From positions 2,720,001-2,784,000 of the forward strand of contig OY968762.1 of NCBI GenBank assembly GCA_963695225.1: a stretch of 64,000 nt of DNA, in the 5' to 3' direction. A program made the position numbers and the translations under genes. Below, piece after piece: positions 47,653 to 56,688 of the stretch. This DNA comes from Vulcanimicrobiota bacterium. Lineage in GTDB: Bacteria; Vulcanimicrobiota; Vulcanimicrobiia; Vulcanimicrobiales; Vulcanimicrobiaceae. The stretch's first letter is position 1; each line of letters starts with the position of its first letter. The notes below the pieces were generated by a model. It made no database searches. It had not been told where the DNA came from and was given only the letters and a program-made list of their open reading frames with translations.

Positions 47653-48847
47653 CGATCGCCATCGCAGTCCGGAGCGTGAGTTGGTCGTGGGGGCTGTCCA
47701 GATCGTGTCCGCTGATTTCGGCGATCTGCCGCAGGCGGTAGAAGACCGTGTGGCGATGCACGCTGAGCTCGGCGGCGGCTGTCTTCACGTTTTGCCCGAC
47801 CTCGAAATACAGGCGGAGGGTGCGGATCAGCTCGGTCTGGTGCTTCTCGTCGTAGGCGCGAATCGGCGAGAGGATCCGTTCGCTGAAGTCGCGCCATTCA
47901 TCGGCCCCGATGCCGCCGCGCATCAGCAGCGGGTAGACGCCGAGATCTTCGTACGGCATCACGCGCGAGCCGCCGAAGAGCCGACGCACGATGAAGATCG
48001 ATTCCCGCGCTTCCTCGACCGTCCGCGCGGCGTTGATCGCATCGGTCTGGCGGCCGACGCCGCCGACGACCTTCAGACCGAAGTGCGCCTTCGTCGCAGC
48101 GCGCGGAATCAAGGAGGCGGCGGTGCGGACGTTTGCAGCATCGACCTCGAGCGGCGCGGGACAGAGGAACACGAAGCCTCCGCCGCGCTCGATGACCACG
48201 ATCTCGCCTTGCCCCGAGCGAAGCGTCTCGTGGCAGATCTTGCGAAGCTCGGCGTTCTTCGTGGCCGCCGTCGCTTCGTCGAGCACCTCGGCCTCGACCG
48301 CGACCGCGACGTACCCGGCGGCGAGCGAGATCCCGCGCGAGGTCGCGTCGTCCTTCGCTTCGATCGGATCGTCGTAGGCGCGCGCGAGCAGCCGGTCCCA
48401 GAACGAACGCCGCCGGTTCTTCCCGCCCCCGATCTCGCGCGAGAGCTCGACGGCGATCGACGATGCGGTCAGCCGGATCGGCCCATGCTGCTCCTCGTCG
48501 AGCGGGGAAGCACCGTTCGGGAAGATCGCAAGCCAGCCGAGCGGCGCGTCGCCGGAGCGGATGCGGGCCGCGAGCGCCCGCGAGCCGTCGGGGGCCTGGA
48601 ACGCGACGAGCGTATCCCCGGCCGGCGCCGATTGGAGCACGTCGCGCGTCGAGGCCGGGAGCGTTCGCGCGCCGGAACCTGCGAGCGCGACGTGCCGCCA
48701 ATCGACGTCCTCGACGAGAACCGCGGCGTTCAAGTGGGTTGCGAGGTGCGCCGCGAGCGCCTTCGGGCCGCCCCCGGTGCAGGCGATGCGGGAAAGCTGC
48801 TCGGCGAAACCGACGAGATCGTAGAGCGCCTTGTCGCTCACGCGCAT
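47633..48847 (-). CDS. PucR-family transcriptional regulator
   Basis: C-terminal YD..H.TELIRTL..YF...NVK.AA.ELSVHRHTVFYRLRQI HTH. Confidence 0.9.
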   Translation of the reverse strand: MRVSDKALYDLVGFAEQLSRIACTGGGPKALAAHLATHLNAAVLVEDVDWRHVALAGSGARTLPASTRDVLQSAPAGDTLVAFQAPDGSRALAARIRSGDAPLGWLAIFPNGASPLDEEQHGPIRLTASSIAVELSREIGGGKNRRRSFWDRLLARAYDDPIEAKDDATSRGISLAAGYVAVAVEAEVLDEATAATKNAELRKICHETLRSGQGEIVVIERGGGFVFLCPAPLEVDAANVRTAASLIPRAATKAHFGLKVVGGVGRQTDAINAARTVEEARESIFIVRRLFGGSRVMPYEDLGVYPLLMRGGIGADEWRDFSERILSPIRAYDEKHQTELIRTLRLYFEVGQNVKTAAAELSVHRHTVFYRLRQIAEISGHDLDSPHDQLTLRTAMAIDALNAR

Positions 48848-48900
48848 CGCGTCTCCCCTCGGAACGGACGCGCGAGCGTCCGAGTCGAACCTACGGACCG

Positions 48901-49266
48901 ATGCTGATTGAGACTGCCGTTCATCCTCTGCTCGCTACGCATTACGCCTTTGGTCTCCTGGTCGTCGTCGCCGCGGCGGCCGGTATCTTCTCGCGGCCCG
49001 TGCGGCGTCTCGTGATCTACGCGCTCCTGATCCAGATCTCGATCGGAGCCGTGGTGCTGTTCACCCACCACAGCGTGCCTCCGGGCCATTGGGTCCTCTC
49101 GCTGCTCGTCGGCGGCGTCTACGCCGCGGCTTCGATCGTCGAGAAACGGGGAGGGTCCGCGCGCCTCGTTACGACCCTCGCCGCGGTCGGAGCGCTCGTG
49201 ATCGCGGTGATCTTCTATTTCGGGCAGGAAGCAGCAAAGCACGCTCAAGGGGTCCTGACCGGCTAG
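48901..49266 (+). CDS. Hypothetical membrane protein (4 TM)
   Basis: ATG 48901; four hydrophobic segments with interspersed His residues. Confidence 0.65.
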   Translation: MLIETAVHPLLATHYAFGLLVVVAAAAGIFSRPVRRLVIYALLIQISIGAVVLFTHHSVPPGHWVLSLLVGGVYAAASIVEKRGGSARLVTTLAAVGALVIAVIFYFGQEAAKHAQGVLTG

Positions 49267-49288
49267 GAACGATTCCTGCGGCCGAGCG

Positions 49289-49930
49289 TTACACGAATTC
49301 GCCCGCGAGCCGTGCCAGCGTCGCAGAGAGCGCGCTGACGACCGGAATCCGGCTGCGGGCGCCGATTTCCGCGGCGAACGGGTCCATGCTGTACTGCGCG
49401 AGGAACAGGCAGTCGCACTCGCCCGCGGCGGCGCTCGCCTCGGCGAGCGCCGCGCCGTACCGTGCCGGATCGTCCGCGAACGCGAACGAGTTTTCGGCGA
49501 GCAGCGGACGCAGGCCGATCTCGCGCCCGGAGCCTGCGGCGAGCGCGCGCAGGTGCCGGGCGATCACGTCGCGCGAGGGCGGGTAGCTGACCGCAAGCGC
49601 GATCCGGCTCCCTATCGCGAGCGCCGCGCGCGCGCCGGCATCGTCGGAGCGTTCGACCGGAAGCCCGAGCGTCTCGCCCAGGCGCGGCGCGAAGCCGTTG
49701 TAGACCGAGCACGAAAGGACGATGCGCTCTTCGCGGCCGTGCAGGCGCTCCCGCACCGCGTCGCGCAACCGCTCGAACGCCGCGTCGTCTTCGGCGAAAT
49801 CTGCGGCTGCCGGATCGACGAGCCCCGCGATCAGCGCGTGCTCCACTTCGAATGCGGCGAGCGGCCGGCGCGCGAGCGCCGCTTCGACGGCCGAGCGCGA
49901 GACGGCCGCGGCATGGACGAAGAGGATCAA
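49289..49930 (-). CDS. Asp/Glu racemase-like family protein
   Basis: IVLSCS, PVERSD, LFLAQYSM, IPVVS motifs. Confidence 0.65.
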   Translation of the reverse strand: MILFVHAAAVSRSAVEAALARRPLAAFEVEHALIAGLVDPAAADFAEDDAAFERLRDAVRERLHGREERIVLSCSVYNGFAPRLGETLGLPVERSDDAGARAALAIGSRIALAVSYPPSRDVIARHLRALAAGSGREIGLRPLLAENSFAFADDPARYGAALAEASAAAGECDCLFLAQYSMDPFAAEIGARSRIPVVSALSATLARLAGEFV

Positions 49931-49937
49931 CGCCGGC

Positions 49938-51248
49938 TTAGCCGTGGATCGTCTGGTAGACGGAGAGCAGCGTGATCGCCCCGACCAGGACCGCCGTCGT
50001 CCATGCGATCGCGTTGAAGACGCGGCCGTTGCGGTAGCTTCCCATCAGCGATTCCTTGTTGATGAGAATCAGCATGAAGACGAGCAAGAACGGCAGCAGA
50101 ATCCCGGAGAGGATCTGCGAGAAGATGATCAGGTTGAGCAGCAATTCCTTGTGGACGATCAGCACCGAGAGCGCCCCGATCGCGATGACCGTCGCGTAGA
50201 GCCCGAAGAAGACGGGCGCCTCACTGATGCGCTTGTCGACGCCGCTCTCGAAGCCGAATGCTTCGCAGACGAAATACGAGGTCGAAAGCGGGAGGATCGA
50301 GGCTGTGAAGATCCCCGCGTTGAGGATGCCGATGGCGAAGAGGATCGCCGCGTATTGGCCTGCGAGCGGCGCGAGCGCGCGCGCGGCATCGGCAGCCTCA
50401 TTGATGGCGATCGGCGCGAGGTTCGGGTGCATCGCGTTGAAGACGAAGATCGTGGCCGCCGCCGTCAGGATCATGAAGAACGACATGAAGTCCGTGACCA
50501 AGCAGCCGAATATCACGTCGATCCGCGAAAGCGCGTAGTCCCGCGCCCGGATCCCCTTCTCGACGATCGAAGCCTGAATGTAGAAGCACATCCACGGCGA
50601 GATCGTCGTCCCGATCAGCGCGATGATCATCCAGAGATAATCCGGGTTCGATTGAACGGTTGGGATCAGGAAGCCGTGCCAGACGTCGCTCCACTTGGGC
50701 TGGGCCCGAAAGCCGGAGATCACGTACGTGAAATAGATCGCCGAGGCGCCGAGGAAGACGCGCTCCGTCGTCTTGCGATCGCCCTTCCAGACGAGGAAGA
50801 AGACGGCGGCCGCGACGAGCGGGACCGCGATGAAGCGGGAGACGTGGAAGATTTCCGCGGCCGTCGCGACGCCCGCGAACTCGGCGGCCGTCGTGAAGAT
50901 GTTCGAACCGACGAACGCGAGCATCAGCGCGAACGTCCAGCGCACGCCGAAATTCTCGCGGATCAAGCCGGCGAGGCCCTTTCCCGTGACGGCGCCCATC
51001 CGGGCGGCCATCTCCTGCACGACGATCAATGCGATCGTGATCGGGATCAGCGTCCAGAGAATCGGGTAGCCGAACTTCGCGCCCGCCTGCGAATACGTCG
51101 CGATCCCGCCGACGTCGTTGTCGGCGCTGGCCGTGATGATCCCGGGCCCCAAGATGCTCAAGAAGAGCAGCAACTTCGTGCGCAATCCGCCGAGGCGGCG
51201 CGCGGGCGCCGGGCTCGCGCTCTGCGGCAGCGCGTTATCCTGCTGCAC
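49938..51248 (-). CDS. NRAMP-related (NRMT-type) divalent metal transporter, probably Mg2+
   Basis: GPGII..ADNDVGGIATYSQAGA, QEM.ARMG.VTG.G, IGTTISPW; lies under an M-box riboswitch. Confidence 0.9.
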   Translation of the reverse strand: MQQDNALPQSASPAPARRLGGLRTKLLLFLSILGPGIITASADNDVGGIATYSQAGAKFGYPILWTLIPITIALIVVQEMAARMGAVTGKGLAGLIRENFGVRWTFALMLAFVGSNIFTTAAEFAGVATAAEIFHVSRFIAVPLVAAAVFFLVWKGDRKTTERVFLGASAIYFTYVISGFRAQPKWSDVWHGFLIPTVQSNPDYLWMIIALIGTTISPWMCFYIQASIVEKGIRARDYALSRIDVIFGCLVTDFMSFFMILTAAATIFVFNAMHPNLAPIAINEAADAARALAPLAGQYAAILFAIGILNAGIFTASILPLSTSYFVCEAFGFESGVDKRISEAPVFFGLYATVIAIGALSVLIVHKELLLNLIIFSQILSGILLPFLLVFMLILINKESLMGSYRNGRVFNAIAWTTAVLVGAITLLSVYQTIHG

Positions 51249-52536
51249 GTGCGATCCGTTTCGTGTGGTGGCGCGTGAAGCGCGGGAGATTTTTCGCGAC
51301 CTTCTCCGGCATGATCGCGTCGATCGCGTCGTCCACGGTCACGATTCCGAGAATCCGGCCCCCGTCGTCGAGGACGGGACAGGCGAGGATGTCGTACCGG
51401 GCGATCGTCGAGGCGACATCCTCGGCGGACGCGTCGGGCGAGACGGAGACGATCTCCGTATCCATCAGCTTGTGGATGAACGCCGTCGGGAGCGCGAGCA
51501 GGAGCGCGCGCAACGAGATCACGCCGAGCAGCTTGCGATGCTCGTCGGTCACGTAGAGGTAGTAGATGAATTCCTGTTCGGGTGCGATTTCGCGGATCTT
51601 GGCGAGCGTCGCGGCGACCGTGCGGTGCGGATAGATCCACACGTAGTCGGTCGTCATCAAGCCGCCGGCGGTATCTTCGTCGTACTGCACCAGCTCGCGC
51701 AGCTCGCCCGCCGTCTCGGGCTCCATCCTGGAGAGCAGCTCCGCCTGCTGCTCTTCGGGGAGTTCCCCGAGCAGGTCGGCGGCATCGTCGCTGTCCATCT
51801 CTTCGATGATCCCGGCCGCGCGGACGGCGCCGAGATCGTCGATGATCGAGCGCTGCGTCTCGCTGTCGAGATGCTCGAACGCGTCGGCGGCCGTCTCGTC
51901 GTCGAGCGACTGCATCACGCGCATCGCATCCTTCGCCGAGAGGTCGCTGATGATGTCGGCGAGCTCGGAGGGGTGCAGGCGCGCGAGGCGGTTCTCGGAG
52001 ACGGCGAGGTGGACTTGGTTGGGATTGGGGTCCGCGATCGGCGAGACGTTGTTCCACGCAATCAGCGAGCGGGGGACTTTGTCGACGAGCGAGGGGAGGA
52101 GACGGTGCGCACCGAGCCGGCGCAGCAATCCCGCGACGCCGATGTCGGCGGCTACGACGCGGAGCGCGCCCGCGCAGTTCGCGATCTCGAGATCGTTGAT
52201 GCGCACGACCTTCCGGCCGTCGACGTCGACGATCTGCTTGTCGAAGAGATCCGCTACGAGGTAGAGCGCTTCGGCAGCCGGGACCGGGTCCTGCGAGGGG
52301 GGCGTCCGCAACGCGATGGTGCCGCTCTCCTCGGCGACCTCGACCACGTCGGCCATCGGGACGAAGCGCGCGCCGCCCGACGTCTTGAGGACGAAGCCGT
52401 CGATCTTCGGGAACGCGTCGCCCGGGTTGCGAACGAGGAAGTCCGTCACGCGGCCGAGGGAGCGGCGCGACGTGTCGTCGGCGAGGACGGCCGTCCTCCC
52501 CACGATATCCGACAAGTATCCGTCACGAAAGCTCAT
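51235..52536 (-). CDS. MgtE intracellular N-domain + CBS-pair protein lacking the membrane domain
   Basis: LHPSELADI, MDSDDAADLL, Y.EDTAGGLMT, GIVTVDDAID; no TM segments; GGAGGAGG RBS before ATG 52536. Confidence 0.9.
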   Translation of the reverse strand: MSFRDGYLSDIVGRTAVLADDTSRRSLGRVTDFLVRNPGDAFPKIDGFVLKTSGGARFVPMADVVEVAEESGTIALRTPPSQDPVPAAEALYLVADLFDKQIVDVDGRKVVRINDLEIANCAGALRVVAADIGVAGLLRRLGAHRLLPSLVDKVPRSLIAWNNVSPIADPNPNQVHLAVSENRLARLHPSELADIISDLSAKDAMRVMQSLDDETAADAFEHLDSETQRSIIDDLGAVRAAGIIEEMDSDDAADLLGELPEEQQAELLSRMEPETAGELRELVQYDEDTAGGLMTTDYVWIYPHRTVAATLAKIREIAPEQEFIYYLYVTDEHRKLLGVISLRALLLALPTAFIHKLMDTEIVSVSPDASAEDVASTIARYDILACPVLDDGGRILGIVTVDDAIDAIMPEKVAKNLPRFTRHHTKRIARAAG

Positions 52537-52555
52537 TGCGCGCCACCTCCTCCCC

Positions 52556-52592
52556 AAAAAAATGAAAACACCGAACGCGTTGCGACCGGTGT
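52556..52592 (-). terminator. Intrinsic terminator of the M-box expression platform
   Basis: Minus strand ACACCG..CGGTGT stem followed by TTTCATTTTTTT, between the aptamer and the RBS. Confidence 0.7.
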
Positions 52593-52632
52593 GAAATTCG
52601 CTAGGAGACCAAGGTCTGAAAACGAGTATCCC

Positions 52633-52796
52633 ATCCCAGTCGCTTTGAGCTTTGGCACTGCGCACCGTAGACCCCGTGGAGTCAGCCGCTTTGAGCGCCG
52701 CCTTAGCTCGGCGGAGCCTGTTTTACCCGATTGGCGTCTCTCGACGTTTCTGGGCAGCGGCCTGTGTGTTGCGCAGACGCCTCACCTAGCGAGATG
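52633..52796 (-). ncRNA. M-box (ykoK) Mg2+ riboswitch
   Basis: Minus strand CGCTAGGTGAGGC..GCTGCCCAGAAACGTCGAGAGACGCCAATCGGGTAAAACAGG..TAAGG..GCGGCTG..CAGTGCCAAAGCT matches the ykoK conserved blocks; upstream of Mg-transport genes. Confidence 0.93.
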
Positions 52797-52811
52797 TCTA
52801 CTGACTCCCCT

Positions 52812-52841
52812 ATAATACGCGGCGTTTCGAACGAGCGTCAA
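52812..52841 (-). promoter_or_regulatory. Sigma70-type promoter for the M-box leader
   Basis: TTGACG (52841-36), 18 nt spacer, TATTAT (52817-12); overlaps a plus-strand TATAAT at 52811-16. Confidence 0.6.
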
Positions 52842-52919
52842 CCCTGGGGGCGGTGCGAAGCCGAACGTCCCAAGCGAGCGCAAGATGAGCTCTCGTTCCG
52901 CTTGGCCAAAAGACTTCGC

Positions 52920-53705
52920 GTGAATCCGCTCGAATGTGCGCGCGAAGCCGCGCTGGAAGCCGGCGCGATGTTGCGAGCCCGGATCGGCGTACCGCTCGAA
53001 ATCAGCGAGAAGGGGTTGCGCGGCGATCTCGTCACCGAGGCGGATCGGGCGAGCGAGGCGCTGATCGTGAAGCGCTTGCGCGCGGCCTTCCCACGGAGCG
53101 CGATCCTGGGAGAAGAAGGGGGCCTGCTCGCCGGAAACGCGGCGGAACGGTGGATCATCGACCCGCTCGACGGGACGACGAACTACGCGCACGGGTATCC
53201 GCTGTACTGCGTTTCGATCGCGTACGAGCGCGCCGGCGCGCTCGCGTGCGGCGTCGTCTACGCCCCGGCACTCGACGAGTTGTACGTCGCCGAGGCGGGG
53301 TCGGGCGCCGCCTGCAACGGCCGCACGATCGCGGTTTCTCCGGTCGCGGCAGTCGCCGATGCGATGGTCTGCACGGGCTTCCAGCCGGCGCGTTACGAGC
53401 GCAACGGCGCGCGGTTCGCCGCGCTCTCGCGTCGCGCGCAGGCCGTCCGGCGTGACGGGGCCGCGGCGCTCGATCTCGCGTTCGTCGCAGCGGGGCGCTT
53501 CGATGCGTTCTGGGAAACGGACTTGAGCCCGTGGGACGTCGCAGCCGGCGCGCTCCTCGTGCGCGAGGCCGGAGGCTTCGTGAGCGCGATCGACGGCGGT
53601 TCGTTCGCCGTCGAAGCGCGCTCCGTGCTGGCCTCGAACGGGCGCATCCATGCCGAGATGATATCGGCGTTGGATGTCCCGCTCGAGCCGGCAGGCGGCC
53701 TATAG
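52920..53705 (+). CDS. suhB: Inositol monophosphatase family protein
   Basis: DLVTEAD, ILGEE, WIIDPLDGTTNYAHG, WDVAAG.LLVREAGG. Confidence 0.9.
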   Translation: MNPLECAREAALEAGAMLRARIGVPLEISEKGLRGDLVTEADRASEALIVKRLRAAFPRSAILGEEGGLLAGNAAERWIIDPLDGTTNYAHGYPLYCVSIAYERAGALACGVVYAPALDELYVAEAGSGAACNGRTIAVSPVAAVADAMVCTGFQPARYERNGARFAALSRRAQAVRRDGAAALDLAFVAAGRFDAFWETDLSPWDVAAGALLVREAGGFVSAIDGGSFAVEARSVLASNGRIHAEMISALDVPLEPAGGL

Positions 53706-55595
53706 GCCGAGCGTTCTCCCCGTGAAGCCGGCGGCGTCGAAGTACTTCGTCCCGCCGACTTGCTGGTAGAGCAGTTCCGTCACGAGCCCGTTCGCCGCGG
53801 GCGTCGACTGGATCGACTTCTTGACGGCTTTGGGGATCGGTCCGCCCGGCATCGTTTCAGCTGCGACGCGCCCGAGGAGCTTCCCCTTGTTCGGGATGTC
53901 GAGCCCGAGGATCGCCGCGATCGTCTTACCGACATCGGCGTTGCTGACCGGGAGATTGTCGGCGAAATGGGCCTTGAAATCGGGGCCGATCGCCGCCATG
54001 AAGTTCTTCGTATCGCTACGCCCGAAGCTTCCGTGCATTCCTTGGCCCTGTTGGAGCCCGCTGTCGGCGACTTCGACCGCGCATTTCAGGCTCTTCTCCG
54101 AACAGCCCACCGCGATCGACTTGAAGTTGACGACGATCGCGGGGAACGGCGTCAGCGCCGAGCCTTTCAGGTTGATCGAATCGAGCGGGAGCGTCCCGGG
54201 GAACGATCCGAGCGATTCATCGACGAAGAGCCCGCTGACGTAATCTTGCGCGAGCAGCGCGTCGATCACGTGCGGCGCAATGTCCTTCGCATTCGCTTGC
54301 GGGAGGTAGACGAGATCCGAGCCGCCGTTCGCCGCGACGACGACGTCGGGCTTCGTGTGATCGGCGCCGATCAAGCCGTTGCAGCGCGACGTGTGCTGGC
54401 CCGCCGTCGGATCGACGAGCGTCTCGCCCTTGTCGGGATCGGCGAGCGGCAGCTTCAACGCGGTGGCGATGTCGATCGCGAGGAAGCCGCACGGGAGATA
54501 GCCCGCCGGAACGTCCGCGAACTTGAACTTGTTCGCGGAAGGGCTCGTCGCGCTTTGTTTGGAGATCGTGGAGAAACCGTGATCGGCCGCGACGATGACG
54601 TCGGTCGTGCCGCGCAGGCCGAGCTTCGTCAGTGTCGCGAGGAGCCCGGCGAGGTCGTCGTCCGCGTTCTTGATCGAGGCGAGGGAGGTAGGCCCGTTGA
54701 TGCCGGGCAGGAACTGGTTGAGGCTATCACCCTGGTTGTGCTGCGTTCCGTCGGGGTCGCGCGACCAGAAGACGAACACGAACGGCTTCTTGCGATCCTT
54801 GAATTGCGGCAGGATCACTTTCGTCGCGGCGTCGAGGAAATACGACTGTTGCACGGTGTTCGCTTGGAGCGTGCCGGGGGTCTTGAAGTCGCCGGCTTTG
54901 CCGTTCTCGCCGCGCGGGGGAGTCTTGACGTCGAGGCCGGCGCTCTGCAGCGCTGCTGCAATCGCCGGGTCGAGCGGGATTCCGGCGGGCGAGCCCGTCG
55001 AGTCGTCGATCACGATCGTCTGCGCGCCGGTCCGTTCGGTGGGATCGAAGATCAGCGCCGGGCCGAGCTTGCCGACGGTGGCCGTGCTGTAGCCTGCGGC
55101 GCGCGCTGCCGCGAGGATCGTCGTCTCGTCGAGGTAGTTCCCCGCGAAATGTTCGTCGACGTCGCCCAGCACCGGGTCGCTCTCCAGGAACGGCGTCACG
55201 CTGTTGCCGGCGCCGGGGACCGGGAAGCCCGAGTAGATCGTGTTGCTGAAATCGCCCGTGTCGCCGAGATAGTGCCCGGTCGCCATCGCGGAGGCGTTCG
55301 GCGTCGTGAACGTCGGGAAGAGCGAATGGCTGTTCGGGAAGCTCACGCCGAACCGTTGCACGCGGTCCATCGTCGGTGCGGTCGTCGCATCGACCATCAC
55401 CGCGCGCAGGCCGTCGGGGATGAAGAGGATGACGTTGTGGGGCGCGCGCGCGGCGTGCGGCGCGGCCGAGGGTTTGGCCGCGGGCTTGGGCGCGGGCGAG
55501 GTTGCGGCGAGCCCGGCGCACGGGACCGCCGTCGCGAGGGCGGCGCAGGCCGCCACGATCGCGAGCGAATGAGCATAAAGACGCATCGAGCGCAC
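53700..55595 (-). CDS. Secreted alkaline-phosphatase-superfamily nucleotide pyrophosphatase/phosphodiesterase
   Basis: Signal peptide; FIPDGLR, FPTFTTPN (Thr nucleophile), DPDGTQH, ADHGF, GMHG. Confidence 0.88.
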   Translation of the reverse strand: MRSMRLYAHSLAIVAACAALATAVPCAGLAATSPAPKPAAKPSAAPHAARAPHNVILFIPDGLRAVMVDATTAPTMDRVQRFGVSFPNSHSLFPTFTTPNASAMATGHYLGDTGDFSNTIYSGFPVPGAGNSVTPFLESDPVLGDVDEHFAGNYLDETTILAAARAAGYSTATVGKLGPALIFDPTERTGAQTIVIDDSTGSPAGIPLDPAIAAALQSAGLDVKTPPRGENGKAGDFKTPGTLQANTVQQSYFLDAATKVILPQFKDRKKPFVFVFWSRDPDGTQHNQGDSLNQFLPGINGPTSLASIKNADDDLAGLLATLTKLGLRGTTDVIVAADHGFSTISKQSATSPSANKFKFADVPAGYLPCGFLAIDIATALKLPLADPDKGETLVDPTAGQHTSRCNGLIGADHTKPDVVVAANGGSDLVYLPQANAKDIAPHVIDALLAQDYVSGLFVDESLGSFPGTLPLDSINLKGSALTPFPAIVVNFKSIAVGCSEKSLKCAVEVADSGLQQGQGMHGSFGRSDTKNFMAAIGPDFKAHFADNLPVSNADVGKTIAAILGLDIPNKGKLLGRVAAETMPGGPIPKAVKKSIQSTPAANGLVTELLYQQVGGTKYFDAAGFTGRTLGL

Positions 55596-55645
55596 GTAAC
55601 TCCGAACGGAAAGAAGAGAGCCTCCCCTCCTCGTAGCACGCCGAG

Positions 55646-55662
55646 CTTAAGATCGAGTTAAG
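55646..55662 (-). promoter_or_regulatory. Putative Pho-box-like direct repeat
   Basis: Minus strand CTTAAC-TCGAT-CTTAAG, 11-bp period, ~50 nt upstream of the phosphatase gene. Confidence 0.45.
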
Positions 55663-55726
55663 CGGTCCCTGCCACGGATCGGAGAGTTATGCGAGCTTCC
55701 ACGAACGCGCTCGCGCCGGCTCCTCC

Positions 55727-56482
55727 TCAATCCATCAGCAAGCCGCCGTTCACGTTGAGCACTTCTCCGTGCACGAACGACGCATGCGGTGAAAGGAGCC
55801 ACGCGATGGCCTCGGCGATCTCCGCGGGATCGCCCGAACGTCCGAGCGGAACCATCGCTTCGATCCGGCTGCGCTTGGCCGCGTCGCGAAACGCTTCCGC
55901 TACCAACGGCGTCTGCACGGGGCCGGGGCTTACCGCATTGACGGCGATGCCGCGCCCCGCCAACTCGCGGGCCGCACTCCGGGTCAGCGCGATCACGGCG
56001 CCTTTGCTCGCGGCGTACGCGGCCGTGCCGGTCAGGTCGCCTCCGCGTTGCCCCGCGACGCTTGCGACCGTGCAGATGCGGGCGCCGGGCCGCATGTACT
56101 TCGCGGCCTCGCGGATGCAGAGGAACGTTCCGATGACGTTGACGTCGTAGATGCGCCGCCACGTGACCGGCGCCAACTCGAAGAACGGCGTCGTGTCGAT
56201 CGTGCCCGCCGACGTCGCGAGGCCGTCGAGGCGCCCGCCGAGGGCCGCAGCGGCCCGCTCGAACATCGCTCCGACGGACGCTTCGTTCGAGACGTCGACG
56301 GCGAACGCGTGCCCGCCGATCGCGTCGGCGACGGCGCGCGCGCCGACTTCGTCGCGGTCCGCGACGGCGACGAGGAAGCCTTCCCGCGCGAGGACCTCGC
56401 ACGTAGCCTTCCCGATCCCGCTCGCGCCCCCGGTGACGACCGCGGTCGTCCTAGGCCGGTCCACCGGATCTGCCGCCATCAT
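55727..56482 (-). CDS. Short-chain dehydrogenase/reductase
   Basis: VTGGASGIG, YAASK, VNAVSPG, GEVLNVNGG. Confidence 0.92.
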   Translation of the reverse strand: MMAADPVDRPRTTAVVTGGASGIGKATCEVLAREGFLVAVADRDEVGARAVADAIGGHAFAVDVSNEASVGAMFERAAAALGGRLDGLATSAGTIDTTPFFELAPVTWRRIYDVNVIGTFLCIREAAKYMRPGARICTVASVAGQRGGDLTGTAAYAASKGAVIALTRSAARELAGRGIAVNAVSPGPVQTPLVAEAFRDAAKRSRIEAMVPLGRSGDPAEIAEAIAWLLSPHASFVHGEVLNVNGGLLMD

Positions 56483-56660
56483 CGTGCCGAAACCTCGCCC
56501 TCTGTGAGCCGCGTGTGGGGTCTTGGTTCGGGGCCGGCCCGCCAATTCTTCGAGCGGGGCGATCGAGTCTGGGGGTTCGACGGAGAGTTCGGCGAACGCC
56601 AATCCGACGACGCGCTACGACATCGGTAGCAACGTATCGCCTAGCTGTGAGAGGTGTTCA

Positions 56661-56674
56661 TGAAAACGGTTTTC
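56661..56674. promoter_or_regulatory. LacI-family-like operator palindrome
   Basis: TGAAAACGGTTTTC immediately upstream of glpX. Confidence 0.4.
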
Positions 56675-56688
56675 GGGTAGCATAGCGA

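Noticed and set aside
52537..52919. Upstream extensions of the MgtE-domain ORF (to 52665) and suhB ORF (from 52731)
   Set aside because: They run through the M-box, terminator and promoter; a strong RBS supports 52536, and the family motifs start near 52920.
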